The position numbers were made by a program, and so were the translations under genes. The notes under the pieces were generated by a model. It searched no databases, was not told the DNA's origin, and saw only the letters and a list, made by a program, of their open reading frames with translations. Source: a virus. Taken from it: DNA of 64,000 bases. The stretch is taken from IMG/VR virus record IMGVR_UViG_3300037475_000064. The stretch is one strand, 5' to 3'. This document shows, one piece after another, positions 40,990 to 50,343 of this stretch (position 1 is its first letter; each line of letters starts with the position of its first letter).

Positions 40990-41276
40990 TGAGCAAGATC
41001 AGACGAGTACGTCGTGCCCGACCCGGCTATCACGAAGCGGTCGAGTGGCTCGCATGTAACGATGACTGCTATTGGCTCGGCGACGAGGCCGCGTGTCTGT
41101 CTGTCTCCGCGTCGCTCGTGCGCGATCTCTATGGCGTCACCGATGACAGCCTGATGATGGACCTCCGCAAGATGTTGGCGAAGGTCTACCCGGATCACGA
41201 TGCGCTGGCCCCCTACTGCACGTTCTGCAAGAAGCGGCACCGGGGCGGCGACAAGTGCATGGGACACCATCCATGA
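40989..41276 (+). CDS. hypothetical Cys-rich protein
   Basis: 95-aa ORF. Confidence 0.5.
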   Translation: MSKIRRVRRARPGYHEAVEWLACNDDCYWLGDEAACLSVSASLVRDLYGVTDDSLMMDLRKMLAKVYPDHDALAPYCTFCKKRHRGGDKCMGHHP

Positions 41277-41360
41277 GCATCATGAGCGTCCGGGACAGCT
41301 TTGACGAATGTCGGTTCCTTGGTATAGTCCCGCTCGGGGGCCAAGGGACGGAGGCTCGTC

Positions 41361-41474
41361 ATGACCGAGTTGAAGTTGATGCTGATGTACGAAGAGGTGC
41401 TTCTGTTGCGCCTTCTCGTTGTGAACCTGACAAGGCAAAGGATTGAGGACGCGCATGCCCGCCTACATCGTTGA
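41361..41474 (+). CDS. 37-aa peptide
   Basis: Hand translation MTELKLMLMYEEVLLLRLLVVNLTRQRIEDAHARLHR; RBS GGAGG at 6 nt. Confidence 0.3.
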   Translation: MTELKLMLMYEEVLLLRLLVVNLTRQRIEDAHARLHR

Positions 41475-41946
41475 GCTTGAACACCGCGACACAGATCAGG
41501 TGTTCTCCTACTACCACGGCGAAACCATGCTACACTTCAACGTGACGCTGCTTGCCCGGCTCCGCGACGCGATGCCCGATCAGTTCCGTAGGATCACGAT
41601 GGACTTCGGCGACGCGGAGTACGAGCTTTGCATGCAACATCGCGGCATCGAAGAGCCGAAGATCACGGCGCTGGAGCCGAAGCAACTGCGCGAGCCCGGC
41701 TACGGCGTCCTGTTCGATGATGGCTTGTTTAGCATCGTCGATGGTCACCACCGGCTCGTGCGGCGTTACCGGGGCGGCGTGCGCGTGATGGACTTCTGGG
41801 TCACGCACCGCGACGTGTGGCAGCACTGTCTCGTCGAATACAGCGAAGAGGGCGAGAAGATTTTGTCCGCAGCGATGCCAGAGCGCGTCGAGAACCCGGT
41901 CAACATCGCGAGCCACGTCACTCTGCATCCGAAGGACAAGCCATGA
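41455..41946 (+). CDS. ParB/sulfiredoxin-fold protein (DGHHR motif)
   Basis: FSIVDGHHRLVRRY; ATG at 41455 with GAGGA RBS. Confidence 0.5.
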   Translation: MPAYIVELEHRDTDQVFSYYHGETMLHFNVTLLARLRDAMPDQFRRITMDFGDAEYELCMQHRGIEEPKITALEPKQLREPGYGVLFDDGLFSIVDGHHRLVRRYRGGVRVMDFWVTHRDVWQHCLVEYSEEGEKILSAAMPERVENPVNIASHVTLHPKDKP

Positions 41947-42134
41947 CTAATCGTTTCGACAGGGATGAAGTCTACGCGCTCGAAGGCCATCAGCTACAGA
42001 AGCTTGAAGGCGTCTCGCAGCGGCTCAATGACATGCGCCCGCTGACATGGGATGACCGGCGCGATCTAGCCAACCGTATCGATCTCATCTTGAGCGATGC
42101 GGCTAATTCGCAAGTATCCATCGACGGAGGCTGA
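41943..42134 (+). CDS. hypothetical protein (63 aa)
   Basis: ATGA overlap; MTNRFDRDEVYALEG... Confidence 0.45.
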   Translation: MTNRFDRDEVYALEGHQLQKLEGVSQRLNDMRPLTWDDRRDLANRIDLILSDAANSQVSIDGG

Positions 42135-42135
42135 C

Positions 42136-42387
42136 ATGACCGACGAAGAGAAGCACGCCTTCGCGCGCAAGATCGGCTACCCCCACGCTGTCTTCCTGCC
42201 ACGTTCGCTCTATCTTAAGGCCGAGCGCGCCGGATACGACATGAGTGTCTATGTGATGGTGAAGCCGATACCGATGACCAAGACCCCGCCGCGCAAACGC
42301 ATCAGCGAGAAGACGTGCAACGGCAAAGAGGCGGCCTGCCTCGCTGGCAAGGGCGGCGTCTGCGTCGCTTGCGCCGATGACGATTGA
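42136..42387 (+). CDS. hypothetical protein (83 aa)
   Basis: ATG at 42136 (MTDEEKHAFARK...). Confidence 0.45.
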   Translation: MTDEEKHAFARKIGYPHAVFLPRSLYLKAERAGYDMSVYVMVKPIPMTKTPPRKRISEKTCNGKEAACLAGKGGVCVACADDD

Positions 42388-42396
42388 GAGGACATC

Positions 42397-42717
42397 ATGA
42401 CCGGAAGACCAATCAACGAAGACCGTCAGCGCGCCATCGCGCTCGGCCTGCGAACCTACACCGGCTTGAAGCACGTCAAGTGCGACACGACGCTGCGCTA
42501 CGTCGCGGGCGGCGGCTGCGTTCACTGCGCGAGGATCATCGCGACCGAACAGCGCGAGGCGCGGAAGTATCTCCAGCAAATCGGGGCGCTCGACGTGACC
42601 GCTAAGGATGTCGAAGCAATGGCTATTGACAATGCCACGGAAATCGAGGAAGAGGATGAGGACAGCGAAGCTGTACGGCAGGCCAGACGCGAAGCTTCAA
42701 TCGACGAACTCATGTGA
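42397..42717 (+). CDS. zinc-ribbon protein with acidic tail
   Basis: YTGLKHVKCDTTLRYVAGGGCVHC shares the motif found at the N-terminus of 38811..39653. Confidence 0.5.
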   Translation: MTGRPINEDRQRAIALGLRTYTGLKHVKCDTTLRYVAGGGCVHCARIIATEQREARKYLQQIGALDVTAKDVEAMAIDNATEIEEEDEDSEAVRQARREASIDELM

Positions 42718-42726
42718 AGGTGGACT

Positions 42727-42930
42727 ATGAGGATCAACGGCGACATCAGCGATCTTTTCTTCAACACGGATCATAATTCCGCTGAGTACGACAGCAACAA
42801 GCGGTTCGTGGGCTACAACCACGACAAGCTTCGCGAGGCGGCGGAGTTGTTCTTGCTTTCTCTGGAGCGGCTCGGCGTCGCGGTGCCGACCGTGGACGAA
42901 CTCACTGCGGATTTTTACGGGAGGATATGA
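42727..42930 (+). CDS. hypothetical protein
   Basis: 67-aa ORF. Confidence 0.45.
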   Translation: MRINGDISDLFFNTDHNSAEYDSNKRFVGYNHDKLREAAELFLLSLERLGVAVPTVDELTADFYGRI

Positions 42931-43331
42931 TGCCACAAGAGCGCCCTAACCACTACGGTCACCTTCTGCCGGGCCGTCATACTCTGTCGGATGGGACCGA
43001 TATCTCGAAGAAAACGGTCGATCAAATCAAGATGGCTCAGCGCAGAGCCGACGAAGAGTTCTTCACGGCCAAGCGCAAAATCTCTCCGAGGTTTCCGGAC
43101 GTGGCCGAGGCGCTGGAACGGCGTCGATGCCTGCGCGAAACTATCGCGGCCCGGACCATGATCGCGACCGGCGTCGCTGGCGGGCTTTACGCGCTGATCA
43201 CTGGCGAGACCTTCGGCCTCGTCGTCTTGGGATTTTCTATCGTCGGCTTCATCACGACTTGCTTCGTCGCGGGCAATCGTCAGTACGTCCGCAGTGGCCG
43301 GGGAGGCGGACATGGCCAAAGGCCCTTCTAG
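42927..43331 (+). CDS. membrane protein
   Basis: 134 aa; TM segments MIATGVAGGLYALITG and LVVLGFSIVGFITTCFV. Confidence 0.5.
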   Translation: MMPQERPNHYGHLLPGRHTLSDGTDISKKTVDQIKMAQRRADEEFFTAKRKISPRFPDVAEALERRRCLRETIAARTMIATGVAGGLYALITGETFGLVVLGFSIVGFITTCFVAGNRQYVRSGRGGGHGQRPF

Positions 43332-43587
43332 GGATGAACTCTTTCCGGGTCGCGCCGATGACGGCAACAGTCATCGGTTTCACGCAACCGGCCTGCCCGC
43401 TGGCGGAGACCGCGATACCCCACGCAACGCCGAGGACCGGGAGTGGGAGCAAGAGCGGCATCAGCGGCGCATGCAACTGATGCGGATGCGGGGCGAGACC
43501 GACCGGCTGGAGGCCCGCATGTACGTCATGTGGTTCGTGGCCGCTGCGCTTGCCGTCGTCGCTATAATCGGGGCGATCTTGTCATGA
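43312..43587 (+). CDS. tail-anchored membrane protein
   Basis: ATG at 43312 with GGAGG RBS; C-terminal MWFVAAALAVVAIIGAIL. Confidence 0.45.
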   Translation: MAKGPSRDELFPGRADDGNSHRFHATGLPAGGDRDTPRNAEDREWEQERHQRRMQLMRMRGETDRLEARMYVMWFVAAALAVVAIIGAILS

Positions 43588-44177
43588 ATTGCGATATCTG
43601 CCGAGACACCAAGCGTGTGACGCTCGTGCGCCACGTCGAGATGAACGCCGTTGATCAATTCAGCGACGCGGCAATTCATGCGACGTTCAACGCCAAAGAG
43701 TTCGACTGTCCGCAGTGCGTGCCGAAGGTCCCCTACAAGCGTGTGCGCGCGATGAAGGTCTCCACCGCATACGACGCAGAGAGCTTCGGGAAATTCCAGA
43801 TGCCCATCGAACGCATGCTCGCGGCTCGCTTCGGGGAGTATCTTCTGCGCGAGGGACTGATCCGGTTCACGCAATCGGGCTCGAAGGACTTCGGCATCGC
43901 TGCGGACAAGATCACCGTCACTGCGCATCTCGGCGTTGTCTCGCCGAAAGACGTGGAGAAGTCTGGGGCAGTCGCGGAGGTCGCGTTGACAGAGCCGATA
44001 CCCATCCCCAAGAAACTCACGGCACGACAAGTGCAGCGCCTCAAGGTCTCGCCCGGGTCCGTCGCATGGAAGCCGAAGGCCGCCGCGTGGTCGCCGCCGG
44101 ACGAACCTCTCACTGACGAGTTCGATGAACCGAAAAGCGCGCTCGGCGCTCGCTTCGCTGGATTGGAGATCGGCTGA
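43584..44177 (+). CDS. hypothetical protein with N-terminal CxxC...CPQC
   Basis: ATG at 43584 (MNCDICRDTKR...) with ATGA overlap. Confidence 0.55.
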   Translation: MNCDICRDTKRVTLVRHVEMNAVDQFSDAAIHATFNAKEFDCPQCVPKVPYKRVRAMKVSTAYDAESFGKFQMPIERMLAARFGEYLLREGLIRFTQSGSKDFGIAADKITVTAHLGVVSPKDVEKSGAVAEVALTEPIPIPKKLTARQVQRLKVSPGSVAWKPKAAAWSPPDEPLTDEFDEPKSALGARFAGLEIG

Positions 44178-44419
44178 TGGATGTCGCCCAGAGCGCAGCG
44201 GTTCGCATTCTAGATTGGCTTCATCAGGCCGAGCGGGACCTCGTCGGGAAAAGTTGTGAGCACGTTTTCAGGCGAGAGCGGAGCCGTCACCGGCTTGCAG
44301 CTTGACGCGCACCACGGCTTGTGCTTTAGCTTGGAGCCGGACCCGCACAGAGTTTTTCGAGACGGCTATGGAGCGATGAGTGTTCGCTGGCGTCCGGTCT
44401 CTACGATCAAGAGCAGAAC

Positions 44420-44671
44420 ATGAAAATATCCCACAACGACGAGTACATCGACCGCGCCAACACCGCGTATCAGCGCGAGTATGCGCTTTGGTCGTGGCGG
44501 CGCGTAATACGAAAAGGCAGCTACCGTTTTGAGCTTGTCCGCGACAGCGGTCCGGACGAAGCGATCATTCTTCTGACGAAACTAGAATGCGCCGACCGTG
44601 ACACCGCCGAGATGTGGCTCGACACCTATCGCGGACGCGCTGCGATGCGCGCGGCTCTGGAGGTCCTATGA
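44420..44671 (+). CDS. hypothetical protein
   Basis: 83-aa ORF. Confidence 0.5.
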   Translation: MKISHNDEYIDRANTAYQREYALWSWRRVIRKGSYRFELVRDSGPDEAIILLTKLECADRDTAEMWLDTYRGRAAMRAALEVL

Positions 44672-44991
44672 TCCGGGTTGAACGGTGTGAGCCGCATTGC
44701 GTCGGATGGGTACAGGCGACCGCATCGCTCTGGGGCATGGCGAGCGATCACCATCTAGACGAGCCCGTGCGGCTCAGCGTCGAAACTCCGGTTCGGCTGC
44801 GCGTCGTTGACCCCCATTGCGTCACCGCCGACCGGGAGCTATCGCTCAAGGCCGAGCGCGCGGGCACGCATATCGCACTACGGTTTTATTTCAGGGACGG
44901 GTCTTATCACGAAGTCGATCTCATCGGTGTCCCGCATCTCAACATGGGCGAGACCGCGCACGTGGATGTGGATCAGGTTCTCTATCGATGA
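44668..44991 (+). CDS. hypothetical protein (107 aa)
   Basis: ATG at 44668 with ATGA overlap. Confidence 0.5.
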   Translation: MIRVERCEPHCVGWVQATASLWGMASDHHLDEPVRLSVETPVRLRVVDPHCVTADRELSLKAERAGTHIALRFYFRDGSYHEVDLIGVPHLNMGETAHVDVDQVLYR

Positions 44992-45284
44992 AAATCATCC
45001 ACTCGATAGGCAGGCCGGTCAAGGTCGGCATCGACGCCCGCACGCGATGCGGAAAGTCCGCGAGCGTTGACACAGTCGGCGCGTTCGCTGCCAACATGAT
45101 CGATGCCGCAGGAAATCAATTCTTCGGCTCTCCGTTCCCCAACACTGTCACGTGCAAGAAGTGTATCAACCTCCTAACCGTAGGAACCATCCATGCGAAG
45201 CGACCGAGCAGGCCCGCCAGCCCCGAGAAACGAGCCGTGGCGCGGAACCCCGTTGGCCGACCCAAAGGCGGGCGGCTTCGATAG
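44988..45284 (+). CDS. hypothetical protein with AT-hook-like GRPKGG tail
   Basis: ATG at 44988 with ATGA overlap. Confidence 0.45.
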   Translation: MKIIHSIGRPVKVGIDARTRCGKSASVDTVGAFAANMIDAAGNQFFGSPFPNTVTCKKCINLLTVGTIHAKRPSRPASPEKRAVARNPVGRPKGGRLR

Positions 45285-45489
45285 AGACGCGGCGTGGGAC
45301 GCCTATCGCGCGAGCCACAACGTTGACGCGCTCGCCACGTGCTGGAGAGCGGTGCTCAAAGAGGCGTACATGGCCGGATGGGCTGCGCGAAAACAGGCTC
45401 AGTATCAAAATATCGTCGAGGTCCTTGACAGGACCCGGCGACCCGTGCCAAGCATTTTCCCGACCGACGCGGAGCTTGATCCAAAATGA
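45193..45489 (+). CDS. hypothetical protein
   Basis: 98-aa ORF; 92-nt overlap with the previous gene makes the start uncertain. Confidence 0.4.
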   Translation: MRSDRAGPPAPRNEPWRGTPLADPKAGGFDRDAAWDAYRASHNVDALATCWRAVLKEAYMAGWAARKQAQYQNIVEVLDRTRRPVPSIFPTDAELDPK

Positions 45490-45632
45490 GCGTAGAGCAG
45501 ATAATCGGAGTTCTGATGGCAGCGCTCACATTCGGGGTCTGTATGTGGCTTCTCTTTTCCGCGTCCCTTGAGCGTGGCCGGAAGATGCACGAGATGTACG
45601 ACAAACTGGGCAAACGCGATGAACAGGACTGA
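45486..45632 (+). CDS. 48-aa membrane peptide
   Basis: Hand translation MSVEQIIGVLMAALTFGVCMWLLFSASLERGRKMHEMYDKLGKRDEQD; ATGA overlap. Confidence 0.45.
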   Translation: MSVEQIIGVLMAALTFGVCMWLLFSASLERGRKMHEMYDKLGKRDEQD

Positions 45633-45701
45633 GACATATTGGCGGACGTGGGCGGCTATCGCTTTCGTGCCGCTCGACCTTATCGTCTGGAGCATCGTGC
45701 G

Positions 45702-45911
45702 ATGGATTTGAATGACGCAGTTCACACCGCGCAGTGCGGGGGCTTTGTCCGTGACGATGCGACGATGGCCCCGGGCTGGAGCGTGCGCTGGGACAAAGAC
45801 GAGAAGCTCTTGTACTATTTCAACCCGAAGGGCGAGCGTGCACACCGGATCAGGTTCTCCGATCAGATGCGGGCATCGTACCAGTGGAGGACGACGTTAG
45901 ATGGCCAGTAA
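45702..45911 (+). CDS. hypothetical protein (69 aa)
   Basis: ATG at 45702 with GGAG RBS. Confidence 0.45.
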   Translation: MDLNDAVHTAQCGGFVRDDATMAPGWSVRWDKDEKLLYYFNPKGERAHRIRFSDQMRASYQWRTTLDGQ

Positions 45912-46311
45912 AAATCCAGAGCGCCTGATTTTTCAGGATGACCGCGATTACTACGTAGCGTGTCGCAACAACGGTCAGAGACCGGCCTGCTTCGTCCGCG
46001 ATACTCGCGGTTGGATTTTGTTTGGGCCTTACGATATCCGGGGGCGCTCGGAGGGCTTCCTGTTTTGCTTGCAGAGGTTGCCGGGTCAGAAGTTGCCGCG
46101 CGTGCGCGCGGGTTGCCGGTACTTCACGCTCAAGCAGGCGTATGCTCACTGGAGCCGCAAGGCTAAGAAAGGTTTTCTGTCAGGTCACAGAAACGAAGGC
46201 AAGCAAGCGCTCGCGATCATCCGCCTTATGCTGCTACAGGCGCAAGCGTATGGTCTGATCTCGCCGTCTATCAAGTTCGACAGCACCATTCTCAGACCGA
46301 AAAGGAAGTGA
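45901..46311 (+). CDS. hypothetical protein
   Basis: 136-aa ORF. Confidence 0.5.
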   Translation: MASKNPERLIFQDDRDYYVACRNNGQRPACFVRDTRGWILFGPYDIRGRSEGFLFCLQRLPGQKLPRVRAGCRYFTLKQAYAHWSRKAKKGFLSGHRNEGKQALAIIRLMLLQAQAYGLISPSIKFDSTILRPKRK

Positions 46312-46313
46312 CG

Positions 46314-47153
46314 ATGTCCCCGTATTCCATTCTCATGCTCTGCATCGCTGCGGCGCTCGGTGCTGCCATCTGGGCCGCGCTCGCATCCCGCAAGCTTCCG
46401 AAGGCGACTGAGCGCGTGATCGAACCGCCGCTTCCTGATCGGCATCCGGCGCTCGGCGGCGGTCGGCCACCGGCCCGCAAGAGCAACATGAGTTTCGAGA
46501 AGATCAAGCACACGGCTACGAGTGGGCAACCGATTACTCGCAGCAATGCGTCTCCGCTCGGTCAGAAAAAGACCCCTGTTTTTCTGACACCAAGTCAGAT
46601 CGAGCACGTCAATATCATCCGCAAGCGCAACGGCAAACCACCGTTCAATCGTGCCGGGCTCCTAAGCGCAATCGCGCATCCGTGGGACCGCGCCGAGGTG
46701 CGCCAGCCGCAGACCAGTACGGATTGGCTCTCGTACCTCATCGTCTACGAAATTCTCTCCGTCGATCATTTTGGCGGCTCGGTCGCGGGCTGCGGAGGGG
46801 CCGTCATTGATCGTGATCTCCCTTACAACGGGCAGGGCGGCGAGTTCGCTGGCGCTGGAGCTTCGGGAGACTGGAGCGACACCTCCGCGATGGACAAGGC
46901 TACGAGCGTCATCGCGGCGAGCCCCGCTTGGGAGATGCCGAGTGGTCTACGCAGCCTTAGCGACGTTGCTCCAGTCCCCGCTTGGGACGCGCCGCGTGAT
47001 CCGCTCAGCGACCCCACCAGTTTCAAGGGCTCATCGGACAACGCGCCGAGCTACAGCGCGCCGGACCCGACGCCGAGCGTGAGCGATAGCTCAGCGTCCT
47101 ATAGCTCAGACAGTTCTTCGAGCTTCTCACCTGACACATCGTCAAACTTCTGA
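46314..47153 (+). CDS. N-terminally anchored membrane protein with Ser-rich disordered tail
   Basis: ATG at 46314 after AAGGAAG; TM SILMLCIAAALGAAIWAAL; tail SDSSASYSSDSSSSFSPDTSSNF. Confidence 0.55.
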   Translation: MSPYSILMLCIAAALGAAIWAALASRKLPKATERVIEPPLPDRHPALGGGRPPARKSNMSFEKIKHTATSGQPITRSNASPLGQKKTPVFLTPSQIEHVNIIRKRNGKPPFNRAGLLSAIAHPWDRAEVRQPQTSTDWLSYLIVYEILSVDHFGGSVAGCGGAVIDRDLPYNGQGGEFAGAGASGDWSDTSAMDKATSVIAASPAWEMPSGLRSLSDVAPVPAWDAPRDPLSDPTSFKGSSDNAPSYSAPDPTPSVSDSSASYSSDSSSSFSPDTSSNF

Positions 47154-47164
47154 AAGGAAACTAC

Positions 47165-47359
47165 ATGGCCACCTCGGCAGAGCAACTGATCCTGCGCGGA
47201 TTGAACCTCGTGATCCGCGCGACCTTTTCGCCTAACTCGCCCGAAGCGCAGGCGAAGCACTTTCTCGGCATGCAGAACGACATCGGCCCATGGTTGAAAG
47301 ACTATGCCGACGAGATCGCGAAGCCCGCCGTGGACTTCACGTTGACCCGTCTCGACTAA
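47165..47359 (+). CDS. hypothetical protein
   Basis: 64-aa ORF. Confidence 0.45.
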   Translation: MATSAEQLILRGLNLVIRATFSPNSPEAQAKHFLGMQNDIGPWLKDYADEIAKPAVDFTLTRLD

Positions 47360-47371
47360 GGAAACATCCCA

Positions 47372-47764
47372 ATGGCTAAGACACGGCGCAAGAAACTAAA
47401 CTCATCGCCCCGGCGTGGGCCGTATCGCAACTCCCGCATCTACGTCGCGGACAAAGGCGACATGGTCACGACGATTGGCGTGAGAGGCCGGACCCGCGTG
47501 ACCCGCGTCACGAACGAAACGGGTCAGCGTCTCAAGACGATCAGGCTCGTCGAGGATGCCATACAGACCCCGGCGAAGGCCGTGGGCGAGCGCAAGCCCA
47601 AGGCGATCTTCATAGGGCGCATCTACACGGGCGTCGCTCGCAGCAAGCCCTACCCCTACCGCAGCCGTAAGCGCGGGGCATCGGAGCCCGAGATGAAGCC
47701 CGGCCTCATGGCGCGGGCCGCCAAGGCGATGAAGAGCGTGATTGTCCGGGACGAAGTCAAATGA
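47372..47764 (+). CDS. hypothetical basic protein
   Basis: 130-aa ORF rich in Arg/Lys. Confidence 0.5.
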   Translation: MAKTRRKKLNSSPRRGPYRNSRIYVADKGDMVTTIGVRGRTRVTRVTNETGQRLKTIRLVEDAIQTPAKAVGERKPKAIFIGRIYTGVARSKPYPYRSRKRGASEPEMKPGLMARAAKAMKSVIVRDEVK

Positions 47765-47970
47765 AGCGATCTCAAGAACAAGTTCTGCGGTCGATGGACC
47801 GGCTCTCTGCCAACCTCACGAGATCGGGACTGCTCGGCTATGCCAAGCGGCTCCGGGGGATGCGGACCGAGATCGCGGGCTTCGGAATTTCCGAAAAATC
47901 AGACCCGCGAAAAGATCAGCGATTGAGCACTGCGGATAGCAGGCGGCTCTTGCGTCTGATCATGCAATAG
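47761..47970 (+). CDS. hypothetical protein
   Basis: 69 aa, ATGA overlap; 3' end overlaps the convergent 47899..48084. Confidence 0.4.
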   Translation: MKRSQEQVLRSMDRLSANLTRSGLLGYAKRLRGMRTEIAGFGISEKSDPRKDQRLSTADSRRLLRLIMQ

Positions 47971-48084
47971 GCCGACCCACGCCTCGCCAAGCTGTTGCTC
48001 GGCGTTACGCTTGCGGACCCTGTCAAAGGCCGCACGTTGGAGCCTAGCAAGCTCCAGCGTGATCTCGTCTTGGATATCGTTCAT
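47899..48084 (-). CDS. hypothetical protein
   Basis: 61 aa, ATGA-coupled to 48081..48275. Confidence 0.4.
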   Translation of the reverse strand: MNDIQDEITLELARLQRAAFDRVRKRNAEQQLGEAWVGLLHDQTQEPPAIRSAQSLIFSRV

Positions 48085-48275
48085 GACGCGTAGTGGGCGT
48101 TGACTAGCCCGCCGACCGAGGCGCAGTAGTAGGCAACGAACAGCCCAGTGACCGGGCTCAGGTCGCTGACGAGCTTGTCGAACAGCCGGTCAGCATCCTT
48201 GCGCGTGAAGTAGCGGTACTCGACACAATGCCCGAGATGCGAGCACGTGACGAAGGTGAACATTTCATTTTCCAT
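48081..48275 (-). CDS. hypothetical protein
   Basis: 64-aa ORF. Confidence 0.45.
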   Translation of the reverse strand: MENEMFTFVTCSHLGHCVEYRYFTRKDADRLFDKLVSDLSPVTGLFVAYYCASVGGLVNAHYAS

Positions 48276-48285
48276 TTGGCGTTCC

Positions 48286-48504
48286 TTATTGCAAGTTTTC
48301 AGTGAAGATGTGTTCGATCAGGTACGCGATAAATCCGGGGACGTTGTCTTGCTTGAGCTTGCGGTTGATCTCGGGCATCGCCGGACGGACGATCTCGGCG
48401 AGAATTTTAGCGTAGAACTCGGAACGATAGTTTTGCCATATGTAGAGCGCCTTCTTGATCTCGGCGTCTGTCAGAAAGTCTTTCAGCGCGACGAGTGTCT
48501 TCAT
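48286..48504 (-). CDS. hypothetical protein (72 aa)
   Basis: ATG at 48504 with GGGAGAG RBS. Confidence 0.5.
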   Translation of the reverse strand: MKTLVALKDFLTDAEIKKALYIWQNYRSEFYAKILAEIVRPAMPEINRKLKQDNVPGFIAYLIEHIFTENLQ

Positions 48505-48521
48505 CGATCTTCTCTCCCTGC

Positions 48522-48908
48522 TCAGATGAAATAGATTTTGCCTCCGATAGCGTAGAGCCCAACCTCGGCGCGTTCGCATGCTTTGCTTAGCTCGTTGCCG
48601 AGCGGTCCCAATGTCTCGCGGTCCCAGAAGCCGACACCATGACCATTCCGCGTGAACCAAAAGTCGCGTCCGGCTTGGGTCGGGCCGTAGTCGTCGCACG
48701 CATACGCGCGGTCGAGCAGCGCGACGTTCTCAGTCTGGAAACCTAAGCAATCGCTGAGAGCCCGATCATACGCCTCTTTCGAAACGTCCGCGAACGTCAG
48801 TCCGGGGACCTCGTCGGTGAAGAACGCGGCTTCCCAATAGCCTTGCGTGAACTCGTCTAGCGCCTGCCATGTCTGTTGCTGGCCTAGCGGCATCTCAAAC
48901 TTCGGCAT
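48522..48908 (-). CDS. conserved hypothetical protein (GRDFWFTRNGHGVGFWD motif)
   Basis: 128-aa ORF; the motif is remembered from mobile-element proteins of unknown function. Confidence 0.55.
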   Translation of the reverse strand: MPKFEMPLGQQQTWQALDEFTQGYWEAAFFTDEVPGLTFADVSKEAYDRALSDCLGFQTENVALLDRAYACDDYGPTQAGRDFWFTRNGHGVGFWDRETLGPLGNELSKACERAEVGLYAIGGKIYFI

Positions 48909-49085
48909 CTGCTTTCGCTCCGGTTAGGGAATGCAGGGCGGTCTTCTCGACCATTGCTGATCCCGCCCTACACCCGCCGCTTTGCCTGATTGCCTAGCGA
49001 CGGATCGAACATACACACCCCGACGCGGTCCGCAAGCCGGACCTCGGCCAATGGTTTACAGATCACTAAAACCCCAGTGCCGCAG

Positions 49086-49113
49086 ACGTTAGCACAACAT
49101 TAACCAGTGTCAA
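49086..49113 (-). promoter_or_regulatory. sigma70-like promoter TTGACA-16-TAACGT for the antisense island
   Basis: Read on the minus strand; about 170-nt leader to the 48908 start. Confidence 0.35.
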
Positions 49114-49157
49114 CGGTCTGGCTTGCGGCTATCCACAGGACGCGCTAGGTTAGGGTC

Positions 49158-49400
49158 ATGGAAAGTCGAAAACCCAATCGCGTCGCGGAGGTGAACCGCG
49201 AACTCCGGAGCCGGGGCGTCAGTGAGAAGCTGGTGCGCGGCAACGGCTACTACTATTTTGTCGATGGCAACGCGGCAGACTGGTACACCTCAAGCGTTTC
49301 GGTCTATCGCGCGAGCGATCTCCCGCTTGACCAGTGGTTACGCGAATGGAGCTTCCTGTCCGGGCGCGAGTTGCCCGCAAAGAAAGTGGGACGGTCATGA
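49158..49400 (+). CDS. hypothetical protein
   Basis: 80-aa ORF. Confidence 0.5.
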   Translation: MESRKPNRVAEVNRELRSRGVSEKLVRGNGYYYFVDGNAADWYTSSVSVYRASDLPLDQWLREWSFLSGRELPAKKVGRS

Positions 49401-49729
49401 GTGGATCAGGACACCGAGGCTTGTGGACCGAGGCGAAGTATCCCGGCGACACGGTCCGCATCAAGATGCTGTACCGGGGCGGCCATGGTCAGCCCATGGA
49501 GCTTGGCGACGTTCGCATTCAACAGTACGAGAGCGTCCTGCGGGTCGCGACCTTCCTGCCCGGCTACGAGACTTCGTTCCCCGGCGACACGCCGAAGATG
49601 AACCCGGAGAGATCGATGCACTGCCGCTTCGCGGACCTTGCCGACGCGAAGTTTGACGAGTACCTCGAAAAGGCGTATGCGGACGGCTGGCAGAATTACG
49701 AACCCGAACTTCATGGAGCTTTGAGATGA
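49397..49729 (+). CDS. hypothetical protein (110 aa)
   Basis: ATG at 49397 with ATGA overlap. Confidence 0.5.
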   Translation: MSGSGHRGLWTEAKYPGDTVRIKMLYRGGHGQPMELGDVRIQQYESVLRVATFLPGYETSFPGDTPKMNPERSMHCRFADLADAKFDEYLEKAYADGWQNYEPELHGALR

Positions 49730-50067
49730 GACGCTTGATCTTGGTCGCGCTGGCTGCGACCGCAATCTGTTCGCCAGCACTCGCCCGCGACAACTGGAAC
49801 GGCTCCGGCTTCGCGCTCGACCACCGGACACCGGCTGACCGATGGTTCGGCTCTGACTACACGCTCAGCGTGCCGAGCTACGGCGGCCAACCCAATGCGC
49901 GTATCATTACCATCCCGGAGCCGCGCGGCGACGACGAGCGCGAAGCGCTCGACGCCACGATCAAGCGCTGGACTGAGCACTGCCGCCCGGCCCCGCACGT
50001 CGATGCCCTCGGTGTGACGCGCCTGACCTACGCACACCCCGGCTGCGCGTTCGGCGAGGGCGAGTAG
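49726..50067 (+). CDS. secreted protein (signal peptide)
   Basis: MRRLILVALAATAICSPALA-RD signal-peptide-like N-terminus. Confidence 0.55.
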   Translation: MRRLILVALAATAICSPALARDNWNGSGFALDHRTPADRWFGSDYTLSVPSYGGQPNARIITIPEPRGDDEREALDATIKRWTEHCRPAPHVDALGVTRLTYAHPGCAFGEGE

Positions 50068-50070
50068 GTC

Positions 50071-50343
50071 ATGGCCCAGACGGTCGATGATGTTCTCCGT
50101 GATCTCGCCAAGCGCGGCGAGATCAGTCACATCAGTCTCGTGCCATCGCAGAACGGGAAGCTCTGGCGCGCATCGTTCGCGATGTGCTCCAAGTTCGGCG
50201 TCTCATTCGCGGAAGACGCGGACCCGGCGAAGGCGATCATCCTCGCCTGCACGTCGGCGAAAATGAAGCCGCGTCCAGCGGAGAAGCGCCACGCGAGCCT
50301 TGAGGCCGCCGCCGTGGAGGACCCGCTCGCCGATCTCATGTGA
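50071..50343 (+). CDS. hypothetical protein
   Basis: 90-aa ORF. Confidence 0.5.
   Translation: MAQTVDDVLRDLAKRGEISHISLVPSQNGKLWRASFAMCSKFGVSFAEDADPAKAIILACTSAKMKPRPAEKRHASLEAAAVEDPLADLM

Noticed and set aside
44177-44419. Small ORFs (42 aa and 15 aa) filling the gap before 44420
   Set aside because: They have weak composition and no clear RBS, so they are left unannotated.
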